A DNA stretch of 63,808 nucleotides, the filler included, from Olpidium bornovanus S191 (Eukaryota > Fungi > Olpidiomycota), in NCBI GenBank assembly GCA_017911155.1. It is 32 parts of 32 records of this genome, joined end to end, with 100 filler letters (N's around TTAATTAATTAA, not from the genome) between each part and the next. Parts side by side here need not be neighbours in the genome. Positions count along the whole stretch, not along the records: positions 1 to 1,731 come from JAEFCI010001462.1; positions 1,832 to 4,508 come from JAEFCI010000989.1; positions 4,609 to 8,073 come from JAEFCI010008792.1; positions 8,174 to 9,281 come from JAEFCI010002355.1; positions 9,382 to 11,174 come from JAEFCI010009242.1; positions 11,275 to 12,549 come from JAEFCI010005331.1; 26 more parts are not named here. The stretch is one strand, 5' to 3'. Positions 1 through 12,549 of the stretch are shown piece after piece. The notes below the pieces were generated by a model, which saw nothing but the letters and a program-made list of their open reading frames with translations, did not search any database and had not been told where the DNA came from. A program made the position numbers and the translations under genes. Position 1 is the first letter of the stretch; every line of letters begins with the position of its first letter.

Positions 1-30
1 AGCGGGGGGGGGGGGGGGAAAAAAAAAGAA

Positions 31-96
<66 letters not shown>

Positions 97-224
97 GAAG
101 GGGGAGGGGTGAAGGGGAGGAGAAAGGCAGGATGGGTGAAGGGCAGTCACCACGGCCGTGAGAAATTCACGCAGATTCTCCGGCCTTTTACCAACAATGC
201 CCACGTCCGCTTCGTCCTAAAGCC

Positions 225-1321
225 TTACCACAATACCGTTGCGACCAGGAACCCCGCGAACACGAAGTCCACAAACACCATGTAAAGCATCATCCGGAAT
301 ATCCCCACCATCCCGTGGCCGTACGCAAGCCCGTACGCTACTGATGAACCTGCGCTTTGCAAAAAACCTCCTATCAGTCTCTTCGGCCTGCTGTTCGTAC
401 AGTCCCGCCGGAGGTTTGTCCCTTCGAGCGTTGAACACCCACAGCATAACAGGAACGATAGGATGACCATGAACGCAGGGTCGTCCCGCGACCACTGGTT
501 TTTCGTTTCTGTTTTTTTTTTAGGTTCCGCGGAGAGCGTCAGGTTCTGACACGCCTTTCGGCTTTCCGGGCTGGCCGCCGTGTTCAAAGGAGCGGCGATG
601 TTTTCGAGTCGAGGCCCACGTACGTTTGTGGTAGTATATGTTTCGATATCTGCATTGAGAAGTCGCAAGAGGACGAAGAATATTCGACGCCAGCGACAAT
701 AAGCAAGCGCGAACACGTGGCTCTGGTTGCCCCGGGGGCACACAAAGGACGCCCGGCAATCGTCTCCGCGGCGCCAATAAAAAAAAAAAAAACAAGAAAA
801 AAAGAAAGAAAGAGGAGGGGAGGGGGAAGGGAAACTCTCCGGCTTTCGAGCAAAGTCCCGCCCCAACACAGGGCCTCCCGTTTTCGCGGGCAGACAGATG
901 GGACCCGTACTTTGCGCCCGGCGAAAAACCGCAACGCATGGACGGATGCGGCCTCGCACCGTGATTCCCGCACCCCCAATTGGTTTTTTTCCCTCCTGCT
1001 TGCTTCGTCTCCCCTTTCTCCCCTCGCCCTCGGGGTCTCCCTTCCTCAGCACGCCCCCGCACAAACTCACACTCTCCGCGGCGCCGTGCACAGGTAGAAC
1101 ATCTCCCAGAGGGCAAACTCAAAGTCCATCTGCCGGAAGCGCACTATCCTCTTGAGCACGGGAGGCACTATCCTCCTGTAGTACCGGCCGCCCCTGGCCG
1201 ACTTGCCGCCGGGCGCGGTGGAGAACACGCTGATGTCGGAAGAGAAGCTCCCTCGTGGAGCGTGCCTCCGATCGAACAGCGACGGCGGCGGCGAGTCCGA
1301 CGCGGCGGACGTCGGCAGCAT
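225..1321 (-). CDS. UNC50: UNC-50/GMH1 family Golgi membrane protein (spliced, 3' part probably continues)
   Basis: Exons encode RQMDFEFALWEMFYLCTAPRRV, YRNIYYHK, ETKNQWSRDDPAFMVILSFLLC and MVFVDFVFAGFLVATVLW, all UNC-50 signature motifs. ATG at 1321 and GT-AG introns. Confidence 0.93.
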
Positions 1322-1653
1322 CGTCGAGGCCCCCCCCCCCCCCCCCCCGCAGCTATCCCGTTTCCGCCGGCTCTTTGCCTGTCACCAGGGAGTGGCGACT
1401 TATAGGGAAAAAAAAAATGTCTGGCCTGTTGTTGGCTAAGGAGGGAGGGAGGGCGAGTGTGCGGGAGTCGGTGGGTTCCGAGCGTTTGCCCGGGGCAGTT
1501 GTGCTTGTTCTGGAGGCGGGTGGGGGGAGAAGCGCGCGGGGGAGAGGGTGGGGGGGGGGAGTGCGGGGAAGGGATGGGGCATTTCACGGAAGCGGCAGCG
1601 GGCGGGGTGAACTTTGTGAAGGTAAAAAAAGAAAAAAATAAAAACAAAAAAAT

Positions 1654-1731
1654 TGTTGCAGAAAGCTTCTTCGTTCCGTCTTCCTCTCTCCTTTGTTTGC
1701 GTTTGACGGCGGGAGGAAGAGCTCCAGGGGG
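1654..1731 (-). mobile_element. Partial LTR of the Bianca-like copia family (second copy of 62112-62461), truncated by the contig end
   Basis: Starts TGTTGC and shares ttccgtcttcctctct...cctttgtttgcgtttgacggcgggaggaagagctccagggg with 62112-62195. No PBS in its flank. Confidence 0.8.
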
Positions 1732-1831
1732 NNNNNNNNNNNNNNNNNNNNNNNNNNNNNNNNNNNNNNNNNNNNTTAATTAATTAANNNNNNNNNNNNN
1801 NNNNNNNNNNNNNNNNNNNNNNNNNNNNNNN

Positions 1832-3947
1832 GAACTCGCTACGCCGGTACTCTTCCAGGCCGACTTTGGATTCGCCGAGGATGAGCTGCAAGTCGTTGGC
1901 CTGAGACTTAATCCACTTGTTCATAAATGACGAAGGCGACTTGGCGAACATGAGCAGGAAGTCGCGCTTTAGGCGCGAATTCGAGATTGATTGGATGCAC
2001 TGGGAGATCTGCCGGGAAGAAATGCAGCTCGTTTCGGTCAGCGCATTTTCGGCCAGGCAGACAACAGCGAGGCTCCCGGAAAAATTTCTTTTCTTTGCCG
2101 GGCCGCCACCCGGTTTCCTTACGACGTTACCTTGTCATCGAACGTCTGGATCTCCATGCCGGTCGCTGTGGCAGCAAGGATGCTCATGAACCTGTTTCGG
2201 ACTGGGTCGTCCACTTCCACCTCGATGTCGTACGCGACGCTCTCCATGTGCGAAGCCTTGTCAACCCTGGACGAAGAAAATAACCGAAGGGGGTTACCGT
2301 GGACTCCGGCGTTAAGGCGAAAATTCCGGAAACCGGACCGCAAAGATACCGGATTGTATACTCCAGAACGATGGGATCGGGTGGGAACAGATGCGGCATC
2401 ACCAGATCCGGAATGTCTATAAACTTCACTTTCGGCTGGCCAAAAACACGCCGGAGGTGCTCATCGCAAGTTATCGTGAGCTTGTCGCTCTCGTCCTGTA
2501 ATCTGTGGAGCTGTCATTATCGCGAAAGATCAGCCCACACGCCAACGGACAATCACCCCGGGATGCCGCGAGGAAAAGGCCAATCGAAATGTCCCCACCT
2601 TTATGTAGTTCCAAAACTTGATCAGGACGCCGACCTTGGTGTCCATCTTTACACCGATCGCCTCGGCCAGCGGGGCGCTCAGCGCGAACACGGGGATGGG
2701 GTGGTCGAGCTGCATCATGACGCGGGCGCGGACGTTGTCGTCTCCAAAACGCTTGATCTCGAACCCGTCGCAATCCTGGTACGCCGCAGCCGCGGCCGAC
2801 GAGGCACCGACAACGGAGGCCGCCGCCGCCGCGTTCGGCGGCAGGTTTGGTCGGTGCCACTCCACAAAGTTGCCATTGTACAACCGCGAATCCCGAAGGA
2901 ACTCGACTGCCACGCTGCGGAAAAACGACGAGAACCTGCGTTGCTGGGCCAAGGGCGCAGTTCGGTTCTTCGCGCCGGACGGGGGCTGAGCGAGTTTCCG
3001 CCAAGGTTTTTTTGCGTTTTTTTGCGTGTTTTTTATATTTGATTTTGTTTACCAGAAATGAGGCCGACCCCAGTACGTGCTGTCAGAATTTTTAGAGGAA
3101 TAACAAACCGGAACCAGCGATTCCCAGTTTATTCGGGCCGGTCGCACGTTAGGGACTCACATCCAGCAGCCGTCCTTCGACTCTGAAGGTCCAGCTCGGC
3201 GGCAAAGGTTCGGATCCGTTCCTCTGGTCCGTTTCGGCGGCAGTCTGCCACGGCTGGTAAGCAGCGGTGTTCGACAGAAACACGCGCAGTATTCTCTTCG
3301 TCTGCATTCGCGGGCGGAGACGGGGCAGGCGGTGCGGCGGTCAGCGCACGCCTCTGTTCGAGGCCGTGAGAAGCGGCGGCGGGGGTGCATTGTCCCGCGT
3401 GCCCGGGGTCCCGTAAATCGTCTCCCGAAACCACTGCGGGAAAGCCGGAACCTGCTCCGCCGCGTGAAAAGAAATGTCCGGCCGTCCCCCTTCCCCCGCT
3501 CCCGCACACCTTGGTTGGTTTCGAAAGTGCCTCTTGCATGTCTAACCGCTTCCGCATTATCGTGGCGTCCAGCTTCCGCTCCAGGCACTGCAGGTGGGTG
3601 TACAGCTTTGACTCCGGCACGTACAGGTCGATCCGTGGCGGGAGGCTGCGCTCCACGGGCTTCTTCTTCCTGGGAAAATTTCGCGGAGCGCGCGCGCCAG
3701 ACGGCGGGGGTTCAGGGCCGGGCCCAGGACGGAGAAGGGGCCCCCGGGAGCGCTTTACGGGGTGGGAAAGGGGCCGAAAAAACCCTTTGCGGCGACGAAG
3801 GAGAACCCACTTGGCGGCCTTGTTTGCTGTGGATGCGTCGACCGGAGAGGGACGCTTTGCGGCCGGCCCGCCGGCGGGCGGCATCGGCGCCGAAGAGGCC
3901 GGCGCGGTCGCTGCGTGCTGAGGCGGCCTCGCGGCGGCGGCCGACAT
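1832..3947 (-). CDS. SMARCD: SWI/SNF-RSC subunit BAF60/SMARCD (Snf12/Rsc6-like), SWIB domain, spliced, 3' truncated
   Basis: VPESKLYTHLQCLERKLDATIMRKRLDMQEAL, TLRVFLSNTA, WTFRVEGRLLD, DGFEIKR, PPDPIVLEYTIR, AYDIEVEVDDP and KRDFLLMFAKSP...KWIKSQANDL. Confidence 0.93.
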
Positions 3948-4426
3948 AATCCTTTTTTTTTCCCCCCTTTTCGTTCGGTTATCTGGCGGCTGCAAGAGAG
4001 AGAGAGAGAGGTTGCGCGCGCGGCTCCCCCGTGCGCATAATTTTCTGGCATGGGAGGGCGGTGTTGCCGTCGGGGAGGAAGTCAAAAGCAATTTAAAAAA
4101 AAAATTGGCAAACTTTCTCCGCATGCATAACAACACACACAGGTGACGAAAGGTAATTGGATTGCAATTGCGGGGCGAACAAGCAAGGTAAAAACTGCGA
4201 AGCCGGTCAGCAGCTAGGAGTTGACGCCGTCGTTGATCGCTACCTCTGCGAGTGCCGCCTGGCGCGCCGCCGCTCATATCAATTTTTTTCTCTGCAGGAG
4301 CAGAGCACGAGGGAGGTAGCGGACGGGCGGTTTTGCAGCGACCAACAAAAACCGACTGATGTGCTGGGACCGAGCTTTCTGGGACGGAATTGGGGCAAAG
4401 AATTAACGGCCCAGGCGCGGCTGCTC

Positions 4427-4494
<68 letters not shown>

Positions 4495-5041
4495 TCCCTC
4501 CCTCCCCCNNNNNNNNNNNNNNNNNNNNNNNNNNNNNNNNNNNNNNNNNNNNTTAATTAATTAANNNNNNNNNNNNNNNNNNNNNNNNNNNNNNNNNNNN
4601 NNNNNNNNCATGACGAGCAACCCCCAATCATCTACCTCACAGACACACCCGCCGCCCCGCATTATCTCTGTTTTTGAGATTTTCATCGATTTCTAGGCTG
4701 CGTGTCCTGCTCGTCGCCCCGGACCGCAAACTACCAGGTCGATGCACTCGGCCCTCTTTTTGCCGCTGACCACTGCCGTTATCGCCGCGCTGCCCCGTGA
4801 AGACACGTGACCGCACGCACCGTAACTTGGCTAAACCTGCAATTCTACACGCGCTTTCCCCCGACCTGCTCCGGTCGACTTTTTCTAACATCGGTCGTCG
4901 CCCCGACCGCGCAGCCGCCACTGGTGAGCGGGCCCCGGAACCGGTTTGGCCTCCAAGGTCGGCCGCCAGAAAATCGATCGATTCGGCCGTGGCCGCGCAC
5001 CGGGTTTTCAACACGGGAGTGCGACACGACGGAAGCGTTCT

Positions 5042-5508
5042 TTATTTCCTCCCTGCCGAAGGCTGCTGCGACTCACGTCGCGCCGCATCCTGGAGCAACG
5101 CTGTGTCGACGGCCTGCGCGGGAATGTGGACGTATCGCACCACTGAGCCTCGGATGAATCCGTTCTTCACCGCCATCTGCGGAATGAGAAAACGACAATA
5201 AGGCCAAAAAACGCGAGAGGTCGGTTTGCTGAGTACTCCTCAAAAATTCATTTGGAACACGACAGCAAGCAAACTTAATTCATTTTATTTGTTTTTTTGC
5301 GTCCCAAAATGCGCTTCGGCGGGGCGGGTAGTGTAGATGCCAGGCGTACCATATGCGGGTATCTTGACTCCTCGACCACCCTAACCTCATCCAACTTGAT
5401 ATTTAGGAATTGGTCGACGGAGACGAGGACGCCCCGGATGGCGAGGTCATTCTTAAGCTCGACAGTGACCTGCTGGCCAACTAACGTCTTGAAGAAGGAG
5501 TAGAAAAG
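5042..5508 (-). CDS. LSM2: U6 snRNA-associated Sm-like protein LSm2 (start codon in an unplaced upstream micro-exon)
   Basis: LFYSFFKTLVGQQVTVELKNDLAIRGVLVSVDQFLNIKL...YPHM, then a second exon MAVKNGFIRGSVVRYVHIP...DTALLQDAARRE with TAA at 5042-5044. Confidence 0.95.
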
Positions 5509-7104
5509 CTGAAATTTGCGCAACAGGCACAGGGGTCGGAAAAGGATCCGAATCGAGACGAAGAATCGTTGCACGAGATGGTCAGGGAAAAGGCTACGAT
5601 GAAACCCACTGTAAGGCGAAAAATAGGGGAGGAGGTGGGCGCGTTCCGAAAAAACCGCGCCTGGGCCGCGTAATTCCGCGGACCGGACGCGTCCCGGTAA
5701 AGGGAGGAGAGCTCCTCGGTTCGGTCGCATCGGGCGCCGTTTGCCGTTCCGGACGACAGGTCCCTGCCAGGGCTTCCACCGTCCTTTGGCGGCAGACGAC
5801 GGCAGCTGGAGTCGACGATGCTGACAAAGTTCTCTGGTCAACCCAGGCCCCGGTGGCGGCCGACGTCCGGGCGACGCACGCCCTGCGGCCCTACAGGAAC
5901 GTCGTTGTGGTGCCCACGCGCGCCCGACAGGCTGAGGCTCCGTGCCGCGGGCGAGGATGGTCGGGACCGGCGCAGCGCGAAAACAAGGACGACCAAACAG
6001 GGGGTCTCCGCTCGGGCCGGTTCCGGGCGCAACCCGCGACCCGGCCGCGTTTTCCACGGCGTCCTTCGGCCCCCTCCCCTCCAACAGGGAAGTGGGCGGT
6101 GACAGGGTCGTAGACGAAGTGGGGGGAGTGGGGGAGCAGCGGGCGGGAAGGGTGAGCGGGAGCAGTTTTTCGCTTATCTAAACGCACCATTTCTGCTTCA
6201 ACTACGCGGGGTCCTCTCCCTTCCCCCTTCCGGAGGTTGGGTGACCGTGGCGGTCCACGCCGGGGGTTTTTTTTTTTTTTTTCGGGCCCTCCCCGCCCCG
6301 GGGAAGAACGTGTGTGTGGCTTCCACCGGATCGTCCGACGAGGCGAGAGCGAAACCGCCGCCGACCCGGGGTGTCCGTGCACGGCGAGGCCACACAGCAC
6401 AGCGGGGAGGGAAAGGCCGAGGAGGAAAAGTACGCGGCGGCGGAGGAGGAGGAGCGAGGTCTCTTTTGCGCCGTTGTCTTTCCGGGGCCGTTGGAAAATT
6501 GCCAGCTGGAATCCACTTCGGCCCCCTCTTGCCGCCCCGAACGCCCTTTCCAGTCGCACACCCCAAAACCGAAGAAAAGCAGACAATCACGTGACTGCCG
6601 CGGACCACGCGAATCTGTCCCCGCGCGTTTCGCCATGGAAACCACTCCAACTCCGCGGGCGGGGAACGAAACGAATTTCAAAATCTTCCGAAAGCGCTGC
6701 GACCCGCGCCCCACACCAAAAAAAAAAAAAAAAAAAAAAACCAAAAAAGCGCGCAAAATCACAGAAAGGCCAACCCGGCCCCCACCCTCGCAGCTCCCGT
6801 CCAAACGGAAAAAAAGAAAACGCTGTCTCTTTTTTTTCTTCCTTTTTTTTTTTTTTTTTTTTCCCTTTTTGTTCTGCGCAGGCCGTACGAGTTTCCGGCG
6901 ACCGGTCGGGGAGCGGGGCACGAGAGGAAAGAACGGGAGGTCAATGAGTTCGCCCAAGCAGGGGCCCGGCTCGAGGTCAACGTCCGGAGACAAAACGATT
7001 GACAAGGAAGGTGCGTCGGCACCTCGGCGGGCCTGCTCGGTGATCGAAAAAGCAGAATAACCTGACAGCGTACGGTAAAAAAAAAAAACCAAACGTTTTT
7101 TTCC

Positions 7105-8073
7105 TTGGCTTCGAAAGCACGTGCGCCCGCTCGCGGTGCATTGCCGGGTCCGCCAGACGCACGGCGGCCGCCCGCGCCGGCGGAAGGCGGTACGTCGACC
7201 GTCAATTGCGATGCGACGCTCAACGGTTCCGCAGCGGGCACGGAGGGCCGAGCGAACGTTCGATGTTCCGCCGCGACGCCGGCCGGCCAAAGCGGGTCGG
7301 CCACGCTCGGACATCCCGGCGTCGAAGACGAAGAGAACCACCGGGTGCCCTTCTCGCCCGCGGAACCCCAGGGCGGCCTGGTCCCTCCGGACGTCCCGGC
7401 GGAGGGCGCCGACGATACGATTACCGTCTCGGTGGGCGCGTCCGCTGCCGTGCCGCGGGCGGCATCGCGGAGCGCGGAGCGGCCCGGACGGACGAGCCGG
7501 GTGATCCCGCCTACGATGGGGACGGAGGCGGAGGCGGAGGCGTCGACGGCCGACGTCGACGGCGTCCGCCGGGCGGCGGAAGGAGTGGCCGGCGCCGGCT
7601 CCTGTGGGAACCAGCCATCTGCGCCTCGGCGACGGCAGCAAAAGTGCAAGGGCCTGTGCCGCGCAAGTTCGGCCTGTCGGGCGGCCGGCCGGCCGCCGTC
7701 GCGGCGGCCGTGCAGTAACCACAGGTCCGCGGATGAGGAAGTCGACGCCTGGCGCGTCTGTTCCTGGCTCGCGACCTTCTGGGCGCCCCCGTGTTTCCTG
7801 AGGGTGTGCGGCGGCATGCCGGACTACCACACGCAGCAGGCGTGGCGCGAAAAGGTGACGCTGGTGATGTTGATCGTCTTCCTCTGCTCCGTCTTCGCCT
7901 TCGTCACGTTCGGCTCCAACATCGTGCTGTGTACCTCCTTGGGGGGCAAGTTCATGGCCGCCGACGTCGCGAGTTACAAGCCGACGACTTTTCCACACCG
8001 CTTCGTCATCCACGGCCGCCTATACGAGTTTCGGGACGACACCCGCAGGCAGCACTCGGCCCTGGCGCTGCTC
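7105..8073 (+). CDS. Chitin synthase, division 2 (class IV/V/VII), N-terminal part
   Basis: WRVCSWLATFWAPPCFLRVCGG...QQAWREKVTLVMLIVFLCSVFAFVTFG...LC, followed by FVIHGRLYEF (start of the cytochrome b5-like region). True start uncertain. Confidence 0.88.
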
Positions 8074-8173
8074 NNNNNNNNNNNNNNNNNNNNNNNNNNN
8101 NNNNNNNNNNNNNNNNNTTAATTAATTAANNNNNNNNNNNNNNNNNNNNNNNNNNNNNNNNNNNNNNNNNNNN

Positions 8174-9281
8174 CATGGTGGCAAGGAAATGAAACGCCGG
8201 CGAGGCGGTCAGCTCCTCGACGCCCTCCGGACCCGCCGCCTTCTCGGCCAGGACGATCGTGCGCTCCGGCTCCAGCACAGAGTTCAGCCTCTCTAGGACG
8301 GAGTCGTCGGCCAGCGAAATTTCGTCGAGAAGGAAGAGGTCGCCGGACTGCATCGCCTGAACGAGCGAGCCGTCGTTCCACTCGAAGAGGACGTTGGATC
8401 TCCGGCAGGCTTCCCGCAGAGAGTTCACGCTCTAAGCGGAATACGGACCGGCCGTTAAATTCAGGAAACCGCTCGGTGCGACGAGTGCCCGGAAAAGCGA
8501 ACAAAAAGAAAAGCAAAAAGCCGGGGAAAAAAGCGGGGTCCTCGCGATTTTCTTTTTTGTCCTTACCATCTCGCATTCGCCAGGTAAATCATCACCCGGA
8601 ACGTCGGCGACGTCCGCAAACTCGCCGGCGAGATCCCGCGACTCGAACTCCTGAACGAGGGTCTCCAGCTCGGCGCCTTCAAACCGCCCTTCCGACGGAC
8701 CGGAAACGCGCGAGGCCAGAAACGCCGCCAGCGCGCAGCGGAGGGCAGCGTTCGCCTCGCCGCGGCCGCGGACGGGCCTCTGGCCGCCGATGAGGTCGGC
8801 GGTCTCGGTGTTCTGGTGGCAGTTGACGACGCGGAGTTTCCGGCCCAGCGCGGCGGCCACCATCTGGCACACGGTGGTCTTGCCGGAACCGGTCTCCCCG
8901 ACGAGCAGCACCGGCTCGTTGTAGCGGACGCAGTGAACGACGAGCGAGAACAGCCGGCGCATCGCGCTCGTCCAGACGATCTCCCCGCCGAGGGAGCCCC
9001 GGACGTCCGCCGGCAGGGCCTGGAACGCCCGCGCCTCCTCGCACTCGGCCGCCGTGCGGGCGTACATGGCCGGCGGGTCGAGCTTAACCTTCATGATTTG
9101 CTCCAAAGTCTCCTGCACAACCTTCTTCTCCTCCTCCCGGCGGCACTGCTCGGCGAGGAGCATGTACCCGTGCTCGGCCAGGTCCTGGTATCCGACCGAA
9201 CGCCTGTTGGCCCACCGGAAAAGGTCGCGCAGCGTCGCGAACGAGTGCTGCCGCTCGAACAGGCGGGTGGCCTGGCGGCGG
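8174..9281 (-). CDS. MDN1: Midasin AAA ATPase, internal fragment
   Basis: TLRDLFRWA, EPVLLVGETGSGKTTVCQ, VNCHQNTETADLIGGQRP and LFEWNDGSLVQAMQSGDLFLLDEISLADDSVLERLNSVLEPER. Confidence 0.95.
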
Positions 9282-9381
9282 NNNNNNNNNNNNNNNNNNN
9301 NNNNNNNNNNNNNNNNNNNNNNNNNTTAATTAATTAANNNNNNNNNNNNNNNNNNNNNNNNNNNNNNNNNNNNNNNNNNNN

Positions 9382-10075
9382 CATGGAACGGTGTGAGGCA
9401 TGCCGAGCGCAGAACCCCAGTAGCCCCGGCGCACAGGAATCACGGAGAGTTTGGCGAGAACAATGGCGGCACGAATGGCAGTGGCGACCTCCTTGGAGCA
9501 CTTTACGCCGAGGCCGACGTGGCCATCAGAGTCGCCAATGACAACAAAGGCCTTGAAGCGGGTGCGCTGACCGGCGCATGTTTGCTTCTGCACAGGCATG
9601 ATCTTCATGACCTCGTCCTTCAGCTTGGGGAGGAAGAAATCAACAATTTGGTACTCCTTGATGGGGAGGGAGAAAAGGTAGATCTGTTCAATCGACTTAA
9701 TTTTCCCATCCTTCACGAGGCGACCGAGCTTGGTGCACGGCACCCTGAATTCAAGCGTAGATAGCAAACGTAAAGTATTCTATTAGCAGATGCCAGCCAC
9801 ATTTCCAGGCGGACAAGTGAGCCAAGCCGACGTACCATTCCTTCTCTTCGTCTTTTCGACCGCGACCACGACCACGGCCGCCGCGACCCCGACCACCGCG
9901 GCCGCCCCGGCCGCGTCCAAAGCCCCCACGCCCTGCTCATGAAAGCGAAAAAAAGCGAGCAATAAAGGAAACGCACAAGTGAGCCAAGGGATGTTGGAGA
10001 TGGCGGAAAACTGCAGAACCCAACCGTAGCGGCGATTTCGGTCTACTCACCACCACTAGGCGCCTGGTCAGCCAT
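9382..10075 (-). CDS. RPS2: 40S ribosomal protein S2 (uS5), spliced, 3' truncated
   Basis: Exon 1 MADQAPSG(G) at 10075-10051, an RGG-rich exon ending KDEEKEW, then [17 protein letters not shown]...[20 protein letters not shown]...IPVRRGYWG. Confidence 0.97.
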
Positions 10076-10545
10076 CTGGTCTGTTTATCGCGGCGCAACG
10101 ACGCACCGCCGAAGCAGCTGTCAGCTTCGCGCTCAGCTCCTCGCGGCGGCAGTCCGCATATGTGTGCATGTGGGCGCACAACTCAGCACACGCGAGGGGC
10201 GGCTGAACGTCGAACTGGCACGGTGGCAAAAAAACGGCACCACCCGGGATAGGCACGGCGAGGATGCAGATGGGATGGGGGGTGGGATGGGGGGGAGGGG
10301 TCGGACGGGAATGGGCCGGGGGATGGCCGCAGGACGTACACGTTTTGTCTAGCAAAAGTTGCTCCTTATCGCGGGAGTGGGGAGGTGGGTTGACGAGAGG
10401 GGAAGGGCGGGAAAACGCGCCATTATTGATTGTTTGAGCAAGCTTCCGGCCGCTTGACGGAACCGCGAACGACAGCGGAACCAATCGCCTCCAACGCAAC
10501 ATCTCATAATAGAGCGGTTTCTTCGAAGCTCGCGTGAAGCTCTTC

Positions 10546-10561
10546 GGCCCAAATTTGGGCC
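10546..10561. promoter_or_regulatory. Perfect 16-bp palindrome GGCCCAAATTTGGGCC in the divergent intergenic region upstream of RPS2
   Basis: Read directly from the sequence. Any function is inferred only from its position. Confidence 0.25.
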
Positions 10562-10654
10562 AAGTGCACGCTGTCGGAAACGAAAACAACCTCGTGGCCA
10601 GAATGCCGCGTCCGCGAAGGTAGCGACGACAGTGTTGGAATTCTAGCTCGCACC

Positions 10655-11056
10655 ATGGCCCCTAATACACCCGTACGAACCGCGCTCCCATTCGCACGGG
10701 CAGACGTAAGACGCACCAGGGCCATGAACCCGAAGTGAGACAAAAGAAACGAAACGCGCCGGAAAGCCGCGAAGACCTCGGAGACGACGAGCGTCAGGAA
10801 TATCTTTAAAGACGGCTAACTCGAACATCAAGGCCACAATCGACGACAAACGCCGTAAGTGACACGTGAACGGAATTGCATGATCGGGCTTCACTCTTGC
10901 GGCAGCAACTGATGCCCGTGATGGCCGTGAACGTGACAAGATCGCGAAGACCATCAAAGCTATCGAGCTCGCAAAAAAGTATCCCAAGACAACGAAGTTC
11001 GTGAACGATGATGCCAAAGTGACAATGATAGGCAGCAAGAATGACATCAGGAAGAT
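10655..11056 (+). CDS. Hypothetical spliced protein divergent from RPS2
   Basis: ATG at 10655, GTAAG donors at 10706 and 10855, and in-frame exons (TANSNIKATIDDKRP / TDARDGRERDKIAKTIKAIELAKKYPK). No family recognised. Confidence 0.4.
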
Positions 11057-11703
11057 GGGTTGCCAGTTATCAACCGGACAACAAAAGGGCGCGTTCCCAA
11101 TTCCGTCGGTCTTGCCGCTTTGGCCTTGATAGGTAAAGGTTGAACTCGGAGGGACGAGCATCTTGCGTACCATGNNNNNNNNNNNNNNNNNNNNNNNNNN
11201 NNNNNNNNNNNNNNNNNNTTAATTAATTAANNNNNNNNNNNNNNNNNNNNNNNNNNNNNNNNNNNNNNNNNNNNCATGCGCTTTTCTCCGGAAAATTCAG
11301 ATCTGCCATCAAAGTTTTTTTGTTGAATTCAACGCCGGCCCCTCTGCCCTTTGCCGCTACAAACTCGCGACAACCATTCTCAAAAATTCACGGAGCGGCG
11401 GGAACCGGAAGCAAGGGCCACCAAAACGCGAGAGACTGGACCCGAACGACTTCTCCCGATTTGAACGACCAAAGACCGGGCAGTATGTTCAAGGGCGGCA
11501 ATTCCCGGATGCCGTCCCGGCGATGATCCGTTGACAACTCCTCCCCCCCAATTAAAAAAAGATAAACTTTTGAAGCCCCACATTCCCCACTTTCTCGCGG
11601 CGCATTCGCGTTCTGGCGAGGACAGGAGGAATCTTCGACTGTCGCAGGGACAAAGGGGGCAAACGGAGGTGGGGAAACCCCCTTCCCCCCTTTCCTGGCG
11701 GCG

Positions 11704-12549
11704 TCAGGACGAAACTTCCCCGTCCTCGCGGTCGTCGTCGCTGGCCCCGCCCGTCGCCAATCGGGTTTCGTCGTCGTCCAATATCTCCCCGTCCTCGAGG
11801 TCGTCGTCGTTATCCTTCAGCAAACTCCTTTCCCTTCCGTCCCTGCCCGCGGATTCGGCGCGCCGCTTCGAGATCTTGAGGTGAACGCGCGGCGTGGCCG
11901 CCGCCGCCGGGGCCGCTGCCACGGAGGCGGCCGGCCGGGTATAAAGAAGTTCTGTGGACGGCGCCTTGAATTTGATCCTCAGCCGTTTTTGCGGCTCGGC
12001 TGCGCGCAAATTTTGACAAATCGGAACCGCACGTTTCAGCCGCAAATCGAGTCAGGGAACGGGGGGATGGAAGGGGAAGACGCGGGCGCCCTGCGCGGCA
12101 ACGGCGAACGGCCACTTAAGCGACACCCGGAATCCCCCAGTTGCCAACTGGGCCCCACCTTTTCTAATCGAATCCAGGTCTTCGTCGTCCTCATCCCTCC
12201 GCTGCTTCGCGGGCGTCTTCGAGCCCTTGGCCGCCGAAAGCGCGTCCCCGTCCGTCCTGGACTGTGCGGCCGGCTGCGGTGGTGGAGTTGGAGTCGGCAG
12301 AGGCGGCAGCTCCCCGGCCGGACAGGCCTTCGCGTACACCCTTTCGAAAACTTTGCGCATAGCATCGGCGTCGTTCCACACGTAAGAACCGGCCTCGTTG
12401 AAGTCCTGCGCGTTGTCGAACATGAGGCGCATGTCGTCGCGGAACTGCGACGGGTGTCGGTAGTGCGTGGAGGCAAGCCGCTTCCGGATGTCGGAGATGC
12501 AGATCGGGTTCTTGATAATCTGGTAGTACACCGGATAGTCTTTCCGCGA
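11704..12549 (-). CDS. C-terminal bromodomain region, probably of a Snf2/Sth1-type SWI/SNF ATPase
   Basis: RKDYPVYYQIIKNPICISDIRKRL...YRHPSQFRDDMRLMFDNAQDFNEAGSYVWNDA, followed by an acidic/basic tail (RVSLKWP, RLRIKFK). Confidence 0.8.

Noticed and set aside
6202-8013. Long antisense and alternative-frame ORFs (603 aa here; also 19493-21133, 55230-56705, 44164-45129)
   Set aside because: They are shadow ORFs of GC-rich coding DNA and homopolymers, full of Arg/Pro/Gly/Lys runs with no recognisable motifs.
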